From contig NZ_CP042911.1 in assembly GCF_008065095.1 (NCBI RefSeq), forward strand, positions 210,001 to 242,000: a DNA stretch of 32,000 bases. Reading direction: 5' to 3'. A model generated the notes under the pieces. That model was not told the DNA's origin. It did not search any database and was given only the letters and a program-made list of their open reading frames with translations. Origin of the DNA: Gemmata obscuriglobus. Its GTDB lineage: Bacteria > Planctomycetota > Planctomycetia > Gemmatales > Gemmataceae. The translations under genes and the position numbers were made by a program. Each line of letters starts with the position of its first letter. Positions within the stretch are counted from its first letter, which is position 1. This document shows, piece after piece, positions 9,926 through 21,795 of the stretch.

Positions 9926-10153
9926 ATGCGGTTACTGAGCGCACTGTTCTTGATCGCCCTCGTCGGCGGCGTGGGATATCTGACGTACGTAAACAACCAC
10001 ACCACGGCCGTCAGTGCCGGAACCTGGCACGGCGACCTCCCGCTGCCGGCACTTGTGATCGGGGTATATGTGCTCGGGATGGTCAGCGGGTGGTGGTTGA
10101 TTGGGCTTACGAAGCGATCCTGGCAGCGGGTTACCGAACCCGAACGGGTGTGA
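9926..10153 (+). CDS. Small two-TM membrane protein, LapA/DUF1049-like
   Basis: ATG with 'ggggga' upstream. TM1 'LLSALFLIALVGGVGYL', then 'NNHTTAVS...', then TM2 'LPALVIGVYVLGMVSGWWLIGL'. Confidence 0.55.
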   Translation: MRLLSALFLIALVGGVGYLTYVNNHTTAVSAGTWHGDLPLPALVIGVYVLGMVSGWWLIGLTKRSWQRVTEPERV

Positions 10154-10163
10154 GTGCGGACGC

Positions 10164-10211
10164 GCGCGAGGGCGGGCGACCAAATCGAGATTTGGTCGCC
10201 CGCCCTCGCGC
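10164..10211. terminator. Bidirectional terminator hairpin between convergent genes
   Basis: Perfect 21-bp stem (10164-10184 'gcgcgagggcgggcgaccaaa' pairs with 10191-10211) and a 6-nt loop 'tcgaga'. It lies between the LapA-like gene and ligA. Confidence 0.8.
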
Positions 10212-10229
10212 ACTTTCGTACCTGAGAAC

Positions 10230-12764
<2,535 letters not shown>

Positions 12765-12768
<4 letters not shown>

Positions 12769-13046
12769 TGCCACGGCCCACTCCCCCCGCGGGACCATTT
12801 CTCCCATTGCGATAGTTGAAACGCCTTATCTTCCGCTCGCACGCGTTCCCAAGCGGCGAGTTCGTCCTCCGACATCCACGCCCCGAACGCGTCCATCAGG
12901 ACGAGGCGTCGTTGGATCGCTTCGGGGCTGTTGTCATCATCTGCTGGGAGCGGCGTTGCGATCGTTACCTGCGTCCCTTCCGGTAAGGTGACCGGCCCGT
13001 CAAGGACTACTTTGCCGTCCCGGATTATGCCACGAATCGTGCTCAT
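12765..13046 (-). CDS. AF2212/DUF104-type antitoxin (93 aa)
   Basis: ATG at 13046 with SD 'GGAGGG'. 'IRDGKVVLDGPVTLPEGTQVTIA'. It is overlap-coupled to the PIN gene. Confidence 0.7.
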
Positions 13047-13103
13047 CGGAATGCCCTCCGCCGGCTGGTATCCGTCATTGTAACACGGGCCGGCGTGGCT
13101 CGA

Positions 13104-13379
13104 TTAGCGGCGAAAAACGCCGGTGCCGAACTGACCCGAGATCGGGTTGTACGTGCCGTAACTGTATTTCGCCTTGTGCGTGAACGGGTTCGTGAAGTGA
13201 CTCGTCCGGCGCACCGAACCCACAATCGGTTGCAACTGCCCGACCGCCGGTGCCGGAGTCACGCTCAGCGGGTTGACAGTCGCGGTCGGAACGGTTGTGC
13301 CGCTTTTCTTCACCCATTCCGCGTTCACGTGCCCCGCGACCAATACCTGCACCAGCACCGCAATCAGGATGCGCTTCAT
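13104..13379 (-). CDS. Small secreted hypothetical protein (91 aa)
   Basis: ATG at 13379 with SD 'GGAGAG'. Signal peptide 'MKRILIAVLVQVLVAGHVNA'. No recognisable domain. Confidence 0.5.
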   Translation of the reverse strand: MKRILIAVLVQVLVAGHVNAEWVKKSGTTVPTATVNPLSVTPAPAVGQLQPIVGSVRRTSHFTNPFTHKAKYSYGTYNPISGQFGTGVFRR

Positions 13380-13557
13380 GTTCGCTCTCCGTGAAATCTT
13401 GCCCAGTCCAGCCATCTTTTCGGCTGCGGTCCGGGCCGGAGAGGAATTGAACACACGGCGGATGTCAGCGTGTGAGACGTGAAGGCCGGTTTACGCCGGT
13501 TGTGCGCGAGTGCCGGGCAGACGCCGGATTGTGCGTGTGCCCGGCGCTTGGAACGCG

Positions 13558-14010
13558 TCACGCGACCCAGTTGGCGTCGGTTGAGGTGAAGCTCACCAGT
13601 TCCTCGTCCTTGAACCACAGCGCGATTTCGATCGCCGCGTTTTCCAGGCTGTCGCTGCCGTGAACGAGGTTGTTCTGCACGCTCAGCGCGAAATCGCCGC
13701 GGATCGTGCCCGGGGGGGACTTCGCGCCGTCGGTCATGCCCATCAGCGTGCGGCACACCGCGACCGCCTCACGCCCTTCCCACACCAGCGCCACCGTCGG
13801 GCCGCTGGTGAGGAACGTGAGCAGGCTCTCGTAGAACGGCTTACCCTTGTGGACCGCGTAGTGCTTCTCGGCCAGTTCGCGGGACACCTGCACCAGCTTC
13901 AGGCCCGCGAGCCGCAACCCCTTGCGCTCGAAACGGGCGGTGATCTCGCCGACCAGACGGCGCTGAACGGCGTCGGGTTTCAGGAGGATGAGAGTACGCT
14001 GCGTCGTCAT
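13558..14010 (-). CDS. ndk: Nucleoside diphosphate kinase
   Basis: ATG at 14010. '[19 protein letters not shown]', '[10 protein letters not shown]', 'TIRGDFA', and active-site 'NLVHGSDS'. Confidence 0.95.
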   Translation of the reverse strand: MTTQRTLILLKPDAVQRRLVGEITARFERKGLRLAGLKLVQVSRELAEKHYAVHKGKPFYESLLTFLTSGPTVALVWEGREAVAVCRTLMGMTDGAKSPPGTIRGDFALSVQNNLVHGSDSLENAAIEIALWFKDEELVSFTSTDANWVA

Positions 14011-14170
14011 GAACCACCGATAAACGGGTAACGGGTTCCGGTCATGGTGCGGAACCGGTGCGGGTTCGTCTACTGCCGGGCGCTCGGGTGCAGACCGGCG
14101 TGTACTCTTTCGGCGGGACCGGGTACGATTTCGGCACCGGGCGCCCGTTACTCCCGAACTGCTGCCCACA

Positions 14171-14608
14171 ATGGCAATTACGCACAGTCACAAGCTGGTC
14201 TTACCGGCCGACGCGAACCACCACGGCACGCTCTACGCCGGGGCGATGCTCCGGCTGGTGCTGGAAGCCGGGTACGCGACCGCGTGGAAGCACATCGGCC
14301 CGGAAGCGAACCTGGTGCTCCGCCGGGTGTTAAACATGGAATGCCTGCGCCCGGTGCCGGTGGGCGTAGTGGTTGAGATCCAGGGTGCGGTGCTCCACCG
14401 CACCTCCGCGTACCTCGTGTGCGGGCTGGTCGGGATGCCCTGGGACGACGGCACGCAGTGGGCGGAGGCGCTGTTCGGGTTCGCCCAGGTGAGCGCGGAC
14501 GGCAAACTGACCCACTTTCCGGACCACCTGCCCGCCGTGAGCCGACCGGCCGGCGAGGTGTGGGAGCGGCTCGAAAAGCGGATGAACAAGCTCCTGCGCC
14601 TGCGGTGA
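14171..14608 (+). CDS. Hotdog-fold acyl-CoA thioesterase
   Basis: '[30 protein letters not shown]' matches the YciA/BFIT-type thioesterase N-terminal motif. Size is 145 aa. Confidence 0.7.
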   Translation: MAITHSHKLVLPADANHHGTLYAGAMLRLVLEAGYATAWKHIGPEANLVLRRVLNMECLRPVPVGVVVEIQGAVLHRTSAYLVCGLVGMPWDDGTQWAEALFGFAQVSADGKLTHFPDHLPAVSRPAGEVWERLEKRMNKLLRLR

Positions 14609-14610
14609 GT

Positions 14611-14760
14611 TCAGAGAAGCAGAAAAGGCGGTTTCACCGCAGAGGGCTCAAGAGCGCGCAGAGAGAACGAAGGCACCAAGGCGGAATTGCTCACTCCTTG
14701 GTGTTTGTTTCTCTCTGCGTACTCTCGTGCCCTCTGCGGTGAAACCGCCTTTGTTCTTGA
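14611..14760. repeat. ~150-bp composite palindrome filling a convergent intergenic gap (probable bidirectional terminator or structured element)
   Basis: Perfect 23-bp outer stem (14625-14647 pairs with 14729-14751). Inner stems are 11 bp (14657-14667 with 14709-14719) and 8 bp (14674-14681 with 14696-14703). Confidence 0.8.
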
Positions 14761-14766
14761 GACGTG

Positions 14767-15702
14767 TCACTTTCCGAGCTTGCGGCGGAAGAAGTCCATC
14801 GTCCGCTTCAGCCCCTCGTCGCGGCCCACCTTCGGCTCCCAGCCCAGCAGTTGCCGGGCGCGCGCGATGTCGGGCTGGCGCACCTTGGGGTCGTCCTGCG
14901 GGAGCGGCTTGAACACGATCTCGCTCTTGCTCCCCGCGAGCTTCTTGATCTCCTCCGCGAACTCCAGGATCGTGATCTCCGCTGGGTTCCCCAGGTTCAC
15001 CGGGTCGTGGTGGTCGGTGGGCAGCAGCCGCCAGATCCCCTCGACCAGGTCCGACACGTACTGGAAGCTCCGGGTCTGGTCGCCCTTACCGTAAACGGTG
15101 ATCGACTCGCCCATCAGCGCCTGGTACATGAAGTTCGGCAGCACGCGGCCGTCGTTCAGCCGCATGCGCTCGCCGTAGGTGTTGAAGATGCGGATGATGT
15201 GCGTGTTCACCCCGTGGACCCGGTGGTACGCCATCGTGATCGACTCGGCGAACCGCTTGGCCTCGTCGTACACGCCGCGCACGCCGACCGGGTTCACGTT
15301 GCCCCAGTAGCTCTCCTTTTGCGGGTGCTCGAGCGGGTCGCCGTACACCTCGCTGGTGCTCGCCAGCAGGTACCGTGCGCCGTGCGCCTTCGCCAGCCCC
15401 AGCGTGTTGTGCGTGCCCAGCGACCCGACCTTGAGCGTGGGGATCGGGTGCTCCAGGTAATCGACCGGGCTGGCCGGGCTGGCGAAGTGCAGCACGTTGT
15501 CCAGCTTCTCGCGCACCTTCAGCGGGTTCGAGATGTCGTGCCCGATGAACCGAAACTTCGGGTTCACACGGAGGTGGTCCAGGTTCGCCAGGTCGCCGGT
15601 GATCAGGTTGTCCACTGCGATGACTTCGTGCCCCTCGGCCAGGAACCGCTCGCACAAGTGTGAACCGATGAACCCGGCCCCGCCGGTGATGAGGGTGCGC
15701 AC
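14767..15702 (-). CDS. UDP-glucuronate decarboxylase (UDP-xylose synthase), SDR family
   Basis: '[12 protein letters not shown]', '[10 protein letters not shown]', 'YDEAKR', '[10 protein letters not shown]'. Start set at GTG 15702 (SD 'tGGAG'); GTG 15735 is also possible. Confidence 0.9.
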   Translation of the reverse strand: MRTLITGGAGFIGSHLCERFLAEGHEVIAVDNLITGDLANLDHLRVNPKFRFIGHDISNPLKVREKLDNVLHFASPASPVDYLEHPIPTLKVGSLGTHNTLGLAKAHGARYLLASTSEVYGDPLEHPQKESYWGNVNPVGVRGVYDEAKRFAESITMAYHRVHGVNTHIIRIFNTYGERMRLNDGRVLPNFMYQALMGESITVYGKGDQTRSFQYVSDLVEGIWRLLPTDHHDPVNLGNPAEITILEFAEEIKKLAGSKSEIVFKPLPQDDPKVRQPDIARARQLLGWEPKVGRDEGLKRTMDFFRRKLGK

Positions 15703-16121
15703 GCTGTGAACTCCACAGATGTCTTGGGGAAGCACACAGAAGGAGATATGAACCGGGCCGGCCGCACGACACCAAAGTTATGACGGATGCCGAAGAAATC
15801 GCACTCGTTTGTGAGGTACCGCCAAAAAGGTGAATGTATTGTCTTATTCTGGATCGTTTTCAATCGCGGCACGACTTGCCACTCGTTCTTCAAACTGTTA
15901 GCGTTCCCCTTCTCGCCGCGACTTCCCACCGAGCCACCCTTGCGGCTCACCGCCGTTCGAGTGTGACAGATCATCCGGTGTATGTTGTGGCCGATCCCAG
16001 GCGCCGATCAGGGTTGCTCGGACGGCGTGCGATCAAGTACAAGGAACATCAAGTCTACGTCTAAGTGATGTGTCGGAAGGCGCTCCACGTTAAGGAGCAG
16101 GTACGAGAAGGAGTCCGTCAC

Positions 16122-16991
16122 ATGCGCGACGCGTTGCGTCCGGGCCTGTCGCTGCTGGAACTGCTGGTCGTGGTTGCCATCGTTGGGGTTTTGATCGGGT
16201 TGTTGTTGCCCGCGGTTCAGAAGGTGCGGGAGGCGGCAGCCCGGTTGCAGAGCCAGAACAACCTCAAGCAGATCGGGCTCGCACTGCACACCCGCGCGGA
16301 AGCCCGATCTGGGCGATTGCCTGAGATCGATGGTGGGCTCAGCCATCGTCGATTCGGTCCAACCCCGCACATGGCCGCGGCGAAAGGTATGGACGGCGCC
16401 GTGCTGCACCCGAGCATAGGTTACCCAACCGGGTACTTTCGAATGCTCGTCAGCCCAGCAGACCCGACGCTCGCGGCCCGCCGCGCGCCGCTCGACGGTT
16501 CTGATCCAACGAGTGGCGCGCCGTTGGTGCTGGACCGGTCGGACGACCCGGCTACAAGTTACTGTTCCAACGCTTTCGTGTTCACCAACCGCCCGACCCT
16601 CAATACCGGCTTTCCAGACGGGCTCTCCCAGACGATATGGTTTGCGGAGAGGTACGCCCAATGTCGTGGTTCGGCATCGGACTACACCAACACCATATTT
16701 GGCCGGGCAACGTTTGCTGACGGGGGACCAGTTCTCGGCGGTGACAACCTCGGGCACGTGTACCCCGTCAGCGCCCCGCCCGGCGTGAGCCCCAGCCGGC
16801 CGGGAGCGACCTTTCAAGTGCGACCAACTTCAGAGAACTGCGACCCGTCCGTACCGCAGACGCCGCACATGGGCGGGATGCTAGTTGGCCTGGGCGACGG
16901 TTCGGTACGCACGGCCGGCGCGGGCATCCGGGCCGAGGTGTTCTGGGGGTTGGTGACGCCGGCCGGTGGCGAGGTGCTCGGGGACTGGTAG
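16122..16991 (+). CDS. DUF1559 protein with a prepilin-type N-terminal methylation motif and a C-terminal H-X9-DG motif
   Basis: ATG at 16122 with SD 'gaaggag'. '[49 protein letters not shown]'. C-terminal '[12 protein letters not shown]' is H-X9-DG. Confidence 0.9.
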   Translation: MRDALRPGLSLLELLVVVAIVGVLIGLLLPAVQKVREAAARLQSQNNLKQIGLALHTRAEARSGRLPEIDGGLSHRRFGPTPHMAAAKGMDGAVLHPSIGYPTGYFRMLVSPADPTLAARRAPLDGSDPTSGAPLVLDRSDDPATSYCSNAFVFTNRPTLNTGFPDGLSQTIWFAERYAQCRGSASDYTNTIFGRATFADGGPVLGGDNLGHVYPVSAPPGVSPSRPGATFQVRPTSENCDPSVPQTPHMGGMLVGLGDGSVRTAGAGIRAEVFWGLVTPAGGEVLGDW

Positions 16992-17104
16992 TCGCGCCGG
17001 GCAGGCCGTAGACGCCGAACACGGCGCGGTGGACGACGAGCCGCGACGTACCCTGCCGATGGGTTCGTAATTCGGCGGAAGCCTTCCGAGGCACGGAGGT
17101 TTAG

Positions 17105-17467
17105 ATGGGCGCGTGGGGCGGGGCGGCCTGGGACAACGACGATGCGGCCGACTGGTTCGGCGATCTCTTCGCGGCCACCAAACTCGCGCAGCGGGTCGAA
17201 AAGGCGCTCAAGACCAAAGACGTCGAGGAATACGCCGGCAAGATTCGGGCGGCGGCGTACATGCTCGTCGCCCTCGGCCGGGTCTACATCTGGCCGGTCG
17301 AGGACCTCGACCGCCACCTGCGGTTGGCCATCGAAAAGCTGGATGCCATCAGCCGGTTGGAGGACTACGAGGGCGACGAGAACATTGCCGCCGAGATCGC
17401 GGAACTGCGGTCGCGGCTGAAAACGCTCGGCGCCGAACCGGGCGCCGCAGATGATGACGCTCCGTAG
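17105..17467 (+). CDS. DUF4259-like protein
   Basis: SD 'GGAGG' and ATG. The N-terminus 'MGAWGGAAWDNDDAADWFGDL' is characteristic of DUF4259. Confidence 0.7.
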   Translation: MGAWGGAAWDNDDAADWFGDLFAATKLAQRVEKALKTKDVEEYAGKIRAAAYMLVALGRVYIWPVEDLDRHLRLAIEKLDAISRLEDYEGDENIAAEIAELRSRLKTLGAEPGAADDDAP

Positions 17468-17775
17468 CGGTTCGTGACTTCCCGACACGAGCAACCGGGG
17501 CCGATGAGACAGTCGTTCGGCCACAGAGAGCAAAGCGCTGGGGATGCAGAAGGAAGCTACACTTTGGTCGCCGTCGCCCCGAGTTGTATGAACGCGTTCC
17601 TGATCCCATCAGCCTCGGTGGGTGGGTTTGTACTCCGGGCAGCGGAGGGCGCCAGCGGGCTCGTCGCTGGCGGTCGGCTGGTAGTTCGCTGGTGCATCGC
17701 TACCACACGAGCGACCCGTTTCGTACCCTCGGTATCGGTCGAGAACTAACGGATGTAGCGGCAATCGGGGTTTAC

Positions 17776-18717
17776 TCAATCGGCAGCGAGCGAAAAATCG
17801 AACACCTGGTAGCGGTGGTCACTGCTACTGTTTAGCCCGCCAAGTCGGTACCGGACGGGAGTTATCCGCGGGCCGTGCAGACAGTGATCGAGGTCGTAGA
17901 TCGGCACCGGAACGGGCCAAGTTGCACCCCAACCGCCACCGGCAGTGTAATAGGCGTGAGCGTAACCGGCCGGTAGCTCCGTCAGGGCACGGGACCGGCG
18001 CGGGGCATTGAAGTCGCCGACGATCAGGTCCGGTCGGTGTCGCTCGATCAGCGCATTCACCTCGCGCAGCAACGGGTTACGAGCGACCCACACGCTAGAC
18101 GGCAGATCGAGTACGAACAGAGTGATCGGGCACCCGTCCGGCGCCCAGGTCACGGCCTGGACTTCGAATCCGTCCCGGTCAACCAGCCATCCGTCTGCGC
18201 GCAAGTTGCCCCGTCCGACCACGGCCAGGTTCGCAAAAGTGGCCGCTCGGTATTCGGCTCCGAGTTGATCACGCAACACCCCGACGTGGGCGGCGTTGAC
18301 CGCGTCCGTAAGCACGTACAGATCCGCACGTTCTGCCAGGAGGTGTTCACCGACACCCGATCGGGCCGGGCGCCCGGCCGTGTTCCAGTGAACGACTCGA
18401 AATCGGCCCGTGCCATCGGCCGGAATGTACTCGGCGCGGTTCTCGATCAGGCCGACGAACGCGACCACCGGAAGCGCGCCGCCGGCAGCCAGGAGCGCCG
18501 CCCGTCGTCTTCCAGTCGCGGCGTACATGAACGCGATGGCGACCAAAACGGCGGCCACGACGACCGACGGGATGTAGAAGCAGACGCCGGTGATCCAGGT
18601 GGTATCGCGAGCAAGTTGGCCGACGCCCCAGGCGGCGAGAAGGCACACTGCTCCGGGCGCCACTGCGGTGTACCCACGAGCGAACAGAGACCGAGCGGTT
18701 GATTGCGAGGGCGACAT
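17776..18717 (-). CDS. Membrane-anchored endonuclease/exonuclease/phosphatase (EEP) family protein; cluster gene D
   Basis: ATG at 18717, 13 nt after the stop of gene C. About three N-terminal TM helices. EEP core 'FRVVHWN', 'DLYVLTD', 'LIVGDFN' and terminal 'SDHRYQVFDF'. Confidence 0.8.
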   Translation of the reverse strand: MSPSQSTARSLFARGYTAVAPGAVCLLAAWGVGQLARDTTWITGVCFYIPSVVVAAVLVAIAFMYAATGRRRAALLAAGGALPVVAFVGLIENRAEYIPADGTGRFRVVHWNTAGRPARSGVGEHLLAERADLYVLTDAVNAAHVGVLRDQLGAEYRAATFANLAVVGRGNLRADGWLVDRDGFEVQAVTWAPDGCPITLFVLDLPSSVWVARNPLLREVNALIERHRPDLIVGDFNAPRRSRALTELPAGYAHAYYTAGGGWGATWPVPVPIYDLDHCLHGPRITPVRYRLGGLNSSSDHRYQVFDFSLAAD

Positions 18718-18730
18718 GGCGAATTCACTG

Positions 18731-21457
18731 CTATGGACCAGAAACGGCGAACAGGAACACGATGAACACAACCGTGAACAGCACCAACCCCAGGCACCCG
18801 CTCTTCTTCGCCTTCTTGTGCCGCTTTTTTCGGCCCTTCGAGTGCCGGTCGTCCTCGTCGTCATCAGACGATTGCTCTTCGCGGTCGGGCACAAAAGCCG
18901 ATCGGGAGGCATTCTTTTGAGGTCGCGAGATTTGCCGGCGCAGCCGCTCTACCGCAAGCGGGTCCAGCGCCGTCGACTGCGACGCGCTCTCGATCAGCGC
19001 CGCGAGGTTCATGTCCGGCACGCATGCGAGAATCAGGTGCGCTTGCAGCGCGCCGCGTGCGCGGGTGGGGCCGTCGTCGGAAAGGCGCACCGCCTCACTC
19101 GCGACCCGTCGAGCGGCGTTAAACGTCCCGTCCGTCGGGAAGCACACCCGGAACAGTTCGACGACCGGCGCCAGTTCGTCGGCCCCGTCGGGCAGGGCGA
19201 GGTCGGCGCCGCCGAGTTGCTTGTACACGACCCGCACAAGGTCGATGCGTTCCACCCCGAACGTGTCGCAGGCCTGCGGGACTTCGTCCGGGGTATCGAG
19301 CGGAATCGCAGTCGGGTCATTCACCCACCTCACCAGCGCGTTCGCCGCGAACAGTCGCGCAACGCCACCCGGGGGCAGCGCCTGCACCAGCCGCGCGCCG
19401 CTGGCGGTCAGCCGTTCGGCGGCGAGACGCAGGTGGGCCTGGACCTTTCGTTCCCAGCGGTGGATGACCACCGTTTCGTCCCCACTCGCAGCTCCGAGCA
19501 GGTCCGGCGACAGCAGCGCCGGGCTGAGCAGTTCCAGGTACCCGGCCCACACGTCGCGACCGGCGCCGTCACCGCCGAACCCGACCAGCAGGTGCGCGAG
19601 CCGGTTGTTCTCCAGAAGGAAATCGCCCCACGCGCCCTGGAGCATTTCGACGATGTGGCACAGCTTCAACCAGTCGCCCGGTTCGAGAGCGCCGGCCGCG
19701 AGCAGCCGGTCCATCAGTCCGGCGGCTGCGGGTGTGTACGGCGCGAACAGCGTCGTGAGCAGGGCGGGCTCGGTATCGAGGAACGGCCCCGCGGCGCGCA
19801 CGTACGCCGCGGCCGCGGCCGGAGGGGCGGCCAAGAGGTACTCGCGGGCGTGGGTCCGCATTGTGTCGCGATCGGGCGGCGGTACATGCGCGAGCCAGTC
19901 GAACCGATCGTCCGCGAGTACCACGAACGCAACGTACCCGGCCCAGTCCGGTTGCGTGTGGAGCAGCGGCTCCAGTTCCCCCGCCGTAACGGGCACCAGC
20001 AGCGCGCGGGGCGGGAACTGGTTCACGTCCGCGCAGGCGGTCCGCAACTCGGACCGCGCGGCGACGGGCAACCGGGACAGCTTCGCTTCGTTCTTCTCGC
20101 GGCCCACCAGCTTGTCGAGCAGCCGTCGCGCCTCGTCCGCGCCGACCGACTCGCGCAGCGCCGACCAGCACGCGCCCCAGCGGCGGAGGTCGTCCCGCAA
20201 AAGCGCGGCGATCGCGTCTTCCCAGAGCTCGCGGGCGTGCTCGGGCCGGGCGATCAGTTCGCGGAACGCGGCCCTCACGTCGGGACGCGCCAGCGCGGGT
20301 TCCTTCACCACGGCCCACACGCGCGTCACTCGCGCGGCCAGCTCCTCCCGCGCGAGCGGGTCGGCCTGGAGCGCGAGCAGGTCGCCGACGCTGGCGGTTC
20401 CGGCGTCGGTGCGGGCCAACCGGCGGGTGCGGGCGAGCGCGGCGCCGGCGCGGGGCAGCCCGCTCGGGTCCGGCCCGACCGCTTGCCGCACCGCGGGTAA
20501 CAGGCCCCACTCGCCGGCCGCCGCCAGTTCGACCAGCGCGGCGAGGCCAGTGCCGGCATCGCCCCCGTCCGGTGCGCGCAGCTCGGGCGACGAACGGGCG
20601 GGCGCGAAGGTGTCGAGGGCGATGCCGCGGGTGGTGCCGAGGTCCGGTTCGAGCCCGCGCTCGGGGCTACCGGTGTACGTGCCGACCACCTCCGCGAGCT
20701 TGTAATCCCGCAGGTTCCGCTGGTGCGGCTCGAACGTGCTGAACGTCAGGTCGTCGGTGACGGCTGGCGGGAGCAGCCGCACCGCACCGTAGAGGAGCAG
20801 GGCCACCAGACCGGGCTCGGCGTGAACGAACAGCCGGCGGCGTGCGGCGTCCTCCTCCTCGGCAAGTAGGAGCATCGCGCGGAGCATACGGGCGAACAGC
20901 GCGCGGCGCTCGGGCGCAGAGGCGCGGAGGCGCGAGGGGCACACGGTCCGGCTCAGTTCGGTCGGGCCGGAGGCACCGTCGTTCAGGAACGCGGCGAGGG
21001 CGTCGTCGTTCACCAGTTCGCCAGGGGGCAGCCCGGCGTTGCGCGGCAGTGCCTTCGATTCTGCGGGCGGGTAACTTGTCACCCACTCCTCGCTCCCCCA
21101 GGAGCGCAGCACCTCAGCGGGCTCGGCAGCGGGGAGCAGGAGCAGGTGCGAGAAGTACGAGCGGTCGCGGCCGACGGTGTCTTTTGCGAGGTACGCCGAG
21201 TGAACGGCCCACACGCGACCGCCCCTCGGGACTTTGGTGCGGGCCAGCCGACGTGGCGCGAACTCGGGCGCCGGCGGGTCGCGCCACAGTTCGAGGGGCA
21301 GTTCGTAGGGCGGGTACTGGAACGCGGCGTCGAGCGCGGCCGGGTCGGTGACGGACGCGGCGCGGACGGTGTACCCGGGGTCGTTCCGGACGCTGTCCGC
21401 GACGGCGCAGTGGGTGACGTAGAACTGGTCACCGCCCGCTTCCGGCACGCGCCCCAT
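18731..21457 (-). CDS. 908-aa tail-anchored protein with a GAP1-N2-like N-terminal Cys/His domain; cluster gene C
   Basis: ATG at 21457 with 'AGGGGA' upstream. 'DQFYVTHCAVADSVRNDPGYTVRAASV' (Cys17), 'GRDRSYFSHLLLL' (His104) and 'LRSWGSEEW' resemble, from memory, the GAP1-N2 pattern 'QLYYTSC..G..G..GFQ..A.S' / 'GNYFAH' / 'LW.s..W'. The body is Ala/Leu/Arg-rich and helical. The charged tail 'SSDDDEDDRHSKGRKKRHKKAKK' is followed by a C-terminal TM 'CLGLVLFTVVFIVFLFAV'. I am confident of the CDS; the family assignment needs an HMM check. Confidence 0.7.
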   Translation of the reverse strand: MGRVPEAGGDQFYVTHCAVADSVRNDPGYTVRAASVTDPAALDAAFQYPPYELPLELWRDPPAPEFAPRRLARTKVPRGGRVWAVHSAYLAKDTVGRDRSYFSHLLLLPAAEPAEVLRSWGSEEWVTSYPPAESKALPRNAGLPPGELVNDDALAAFLNDGASGPTELSRTVCPSRLRASAPERRALFARMLRAMLLLAEEEDAARRRLFVHAEPGLVALLLYGAVRLLPPAVTDDLTFSTFEPHQRNLRDYKLAEVVGTYTGSPERGLEPDLGTTRGIALDTFAPARSSPELRAPDGGDAGTGLAALVELAAAGEWGLLPAVRQAVGPDPSGLPRAGAALARTRRLARTDAGTASVGDLLALQADPLAREELAARVTRVWAVVKEPALARPDVRAAFRELIARPEHARELWEDAIAALLRDDLRRWGACWSALRESVGADEARRLLDKLVGREKNEAKLSRLPVAARSELRTACADVNQFPPRALLVPVTAGELEPLLHTQPDWAGYVAFVVLADDRFDWLAHVPPPDRDTMRTHAREYLLAAPPAAAAAYVRAAGPFLDTEPALLTTLFAPYTPAAAGLMDRLLAAGALEPGDWLKLCHIVEMLQGAWGDFLLENNRLAHLLVGFGGDGAGRDVWAGYLELLSPALLSPDLLGAASGDETVVIHRWERKVQAHLRLAAERLTASGARLVQALPPGGVARLFAANALVRWVNDPTAIPLDTPDEVPQACDTFGVERIDLVRVVYKQLGGADLALPDGADELAPVVELFRVCFPTDGTFNAARRVASEAVRLSDDGPTRARGALQAHLILACVPDMNLAALIESASQSTALDPLAVERLRRQISRPQKNASRSAFVPDREEQSSDDDEDDRHSKGRKKRHKKAKKSGCLGLVLFTVVFIVFLFAVSGP

Positions 21458-21619
21458 GTGCTGTCCCCTGTGTTCAAGTGCCAGGTTCCGAATCCGATGG
21501 GGAGCGTTCGGTGATTACAGCCGCTGATGTCGTTCTGGTCCGGTGCGCGGCCCGCTCGCGGCGCGAACAGTGCGTTGAGCTTCAGGACCACTGCTCTCAT
21601 TCATGGTCCGGTTGCGGAT

Positions 21620-21717
21620 GTCTGTTTATGGCCCATGTCTTTGTGGCACAGGCATTCCTGCCTGTGCAGCCATTTCGCACCGCACAGACAGGAATGTCTG
21701 TGCCACAAGAAACAGAC
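21620..21717 (-). other. Large imperfect hairpin in the B-C intergenic region
   Basis: The core arms 21640-21667 and 21682-21709 pair over about 28 bp with one mismatch and one G-U pair, around a 14-nt loop. A 7-bp outer stem (21620-21626 with 21711-21717) lies across an internal loop. No U-tract follows on the minus strand. Confidence 0.7.
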
Positions 21718-21795
21718 GCAACTAACCGGATCGTGGATCAGCAAGCCTGGGTGCTTTCGCACCGACTCGCGGGCCGCACACCGGACCGGAGCCGG

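Noticed and set aside
15748-15783. 11-codon micro-ORF ([11 protein letters not shown]) with a strong SD 'gaaggagat' in the 420-bp divergent intergenic region (15703-16121)
   Set aside because: It is too short, has no associated structure or conservation evidence, and lies next to the UXS start region on the opposite strand. It is likely fortuitous. The AT-richer region is best read as a divergent promoter zone.
17468-17775. Possible small genes (91-aa plus-strand ORF at 17474-17749; a 46-aa minus-strand ORF) in the gap between DUF4259 and the EEP gene
   Set aside because: There are no SD sequences, motifs or convincing codon bias. I treat the region as a convergent non-coding spacer.
21478-21492. 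TGGCAC on the minus strand about 20 nt upstream of the gene C ATG, and TGGCACGAGTTGC at 30043
   Set aside because: The first lacks any -12 GC at the right distance and is too close to the ATG. The second has the wrong spacing (two nt short) and lies inside the DUF421 coding sequence.
21481-21500. tRNA T-loop-like 'ggttccgaatcc'
   Set aside because: It has an extra base relative to GGTTCGAATCC. No acceptor, D or anticodon stems can be drawn around it.
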